Below, piece after piece: positions 63,819 to 64,000 of a DNA stretch of 64,000 nt. This stretch comes from Smithellaceae bacterium (GTDB lineage: Bacteria > Desulfobacterota > Syntrophia > Syntrophales > Smithellaceae), in the NCBI GenBank assembly GCA_963682105.1, contig OY821638.1, positions 4,821,245 to 4,885,244 of the forward strand. The letters run 5' to 3'. Position 1 is the first letter of the stretch; every line of letters starts with the position of its first letter. A program made the position numbers and the translations under genes. The notes beneath the pieces are model-generated. The model was given only the letters and a program-made list of their open reading frames with translations, had not been told where the DNA came from and did no database searches.

Positions 63819-64000
63819 TTGAGGTACGAAGGAAATATTTTCCGCCCCTTCAGTGAGGCGAATAGCTATCTGTTGCAGTGTACCATCGGTTGTTCCCACA
63901 ATGCCTGTACGTTTTGCGCCATGTACAAGGATAAAAAATATCGCGTCCGCGAGCTTTCCGAAATTCTGGAAGACATCCGTATGGCGAAGGATTATTACGG
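63819..64000 (+). CDS. Radical SAM protein, 3' end outside the window
   Basis: Not in the ORF track because the window ends before any stop. TTG 63819 lies 8 nt after AAAGG. My hand translation [41 protein letters not shown] contains CxxxCxxC. Confidence 0.6.
   Translation, partial: MRYEGNIFRPFSEANSYLLQCTIGCSHNACTFCAMYKDKKYRVRELSEILEDIRMAKDYY

Noticed and set aside
1-64000. CRISPR arrays, tRNA/rRNA genes, IS elements, integrases, phage or defence-system genes
   Set aside because: I saw no short direct-repeat/spacer arrays, no cloverleaf-like conserved tRNA segments in the intergenic regions, and no transposase, integrase, recombinase or nuclease-type ORFs in any frame. The only long repeats are the abfD duplication and the intragenic duplications. 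This was a visual scan only; tRNAscan-SE, Infernal or ISfinder-type searches would be needed to confirm.

Overview
Gene-dense 64-kb chromosomal window with about 62 protein-coding genes. I saw no rRNA, tRNA, CRISPR array, transposase or integrase. The gene content suggests a strict anaerobe, probably a sulfate-reducing Desulfobacterota-like organism; this is inference from content only: an AhbA/B-type siroheme decarboxylase next to hemL, a four-subunit 2-oxoacid:ferredoxin oxidoreductase, BCR/HAD-type radical enzymes, AbfD-type dehydratases and split atp genes. Layout, left to right: (1) nt 2-12565, one plus-strand operon holding two ATP-driven radical-enzyme modules of the benzoyl-CoA reductase / 2-hydroxyacyl-CoA dehydratase superfamily. 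It has three BcrAD_BadFG ATPases, an embedded acetyl-CoA-synthase-fragment-like gene, a CooC/AcsF-like CxC ATPase, an unusual Fe-S protein, two atypical acyl-CoA dehydrogenase-like genes and two paralogous unknowns. (2) A PsiF-repeat gene and two tandem Slp lipoprotein genes. (3) nt 14.6-22.6 kb, a translationally coupled operon: PqqD-like peptide chaperone, HPr-kinase-like P-loop protein, three glycosyltransferases (GT4, GT61/DUF563, GT2), a PF14907-type nucleotidyltransferase and a fused twin radical-SAM enzyme. It looks RiPP-like but has no lasso cyclase or protease and no annotated precursor. (4) nt 22.6-32.1 kb, a catabolic module (AbfD-like dehydratase, acyl-CoA ligase, amidohydrolase, two SDRs) with a second AbfD paralog about 90 percent identical, plus AraC and TetR regulators and repeat-rich operator regions. 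(5) EcsC, MobA, an acetate-channel gene and a 1436-aa double-activase/DUF2229 fusion. (6) atpZ-atpI-atpB at the tail of a heme / nucleotide-sugar gene string, with atpE alone on the opposite strand. (7) A NusG paralog heading an OFOR-ACT-GGQ operon. (8) ribD, then pilD and four minor-pilin genes. (9) Radical-SAM and housekeeping genes. The best candidates for an undescribed system are the PqqD/HprK-like/GT/twin-rSAM operon and the ACS-fragment + CooC pair inside the BCR/HAD supercluster. All family calls come from reading motifs by eye; no searches were run.
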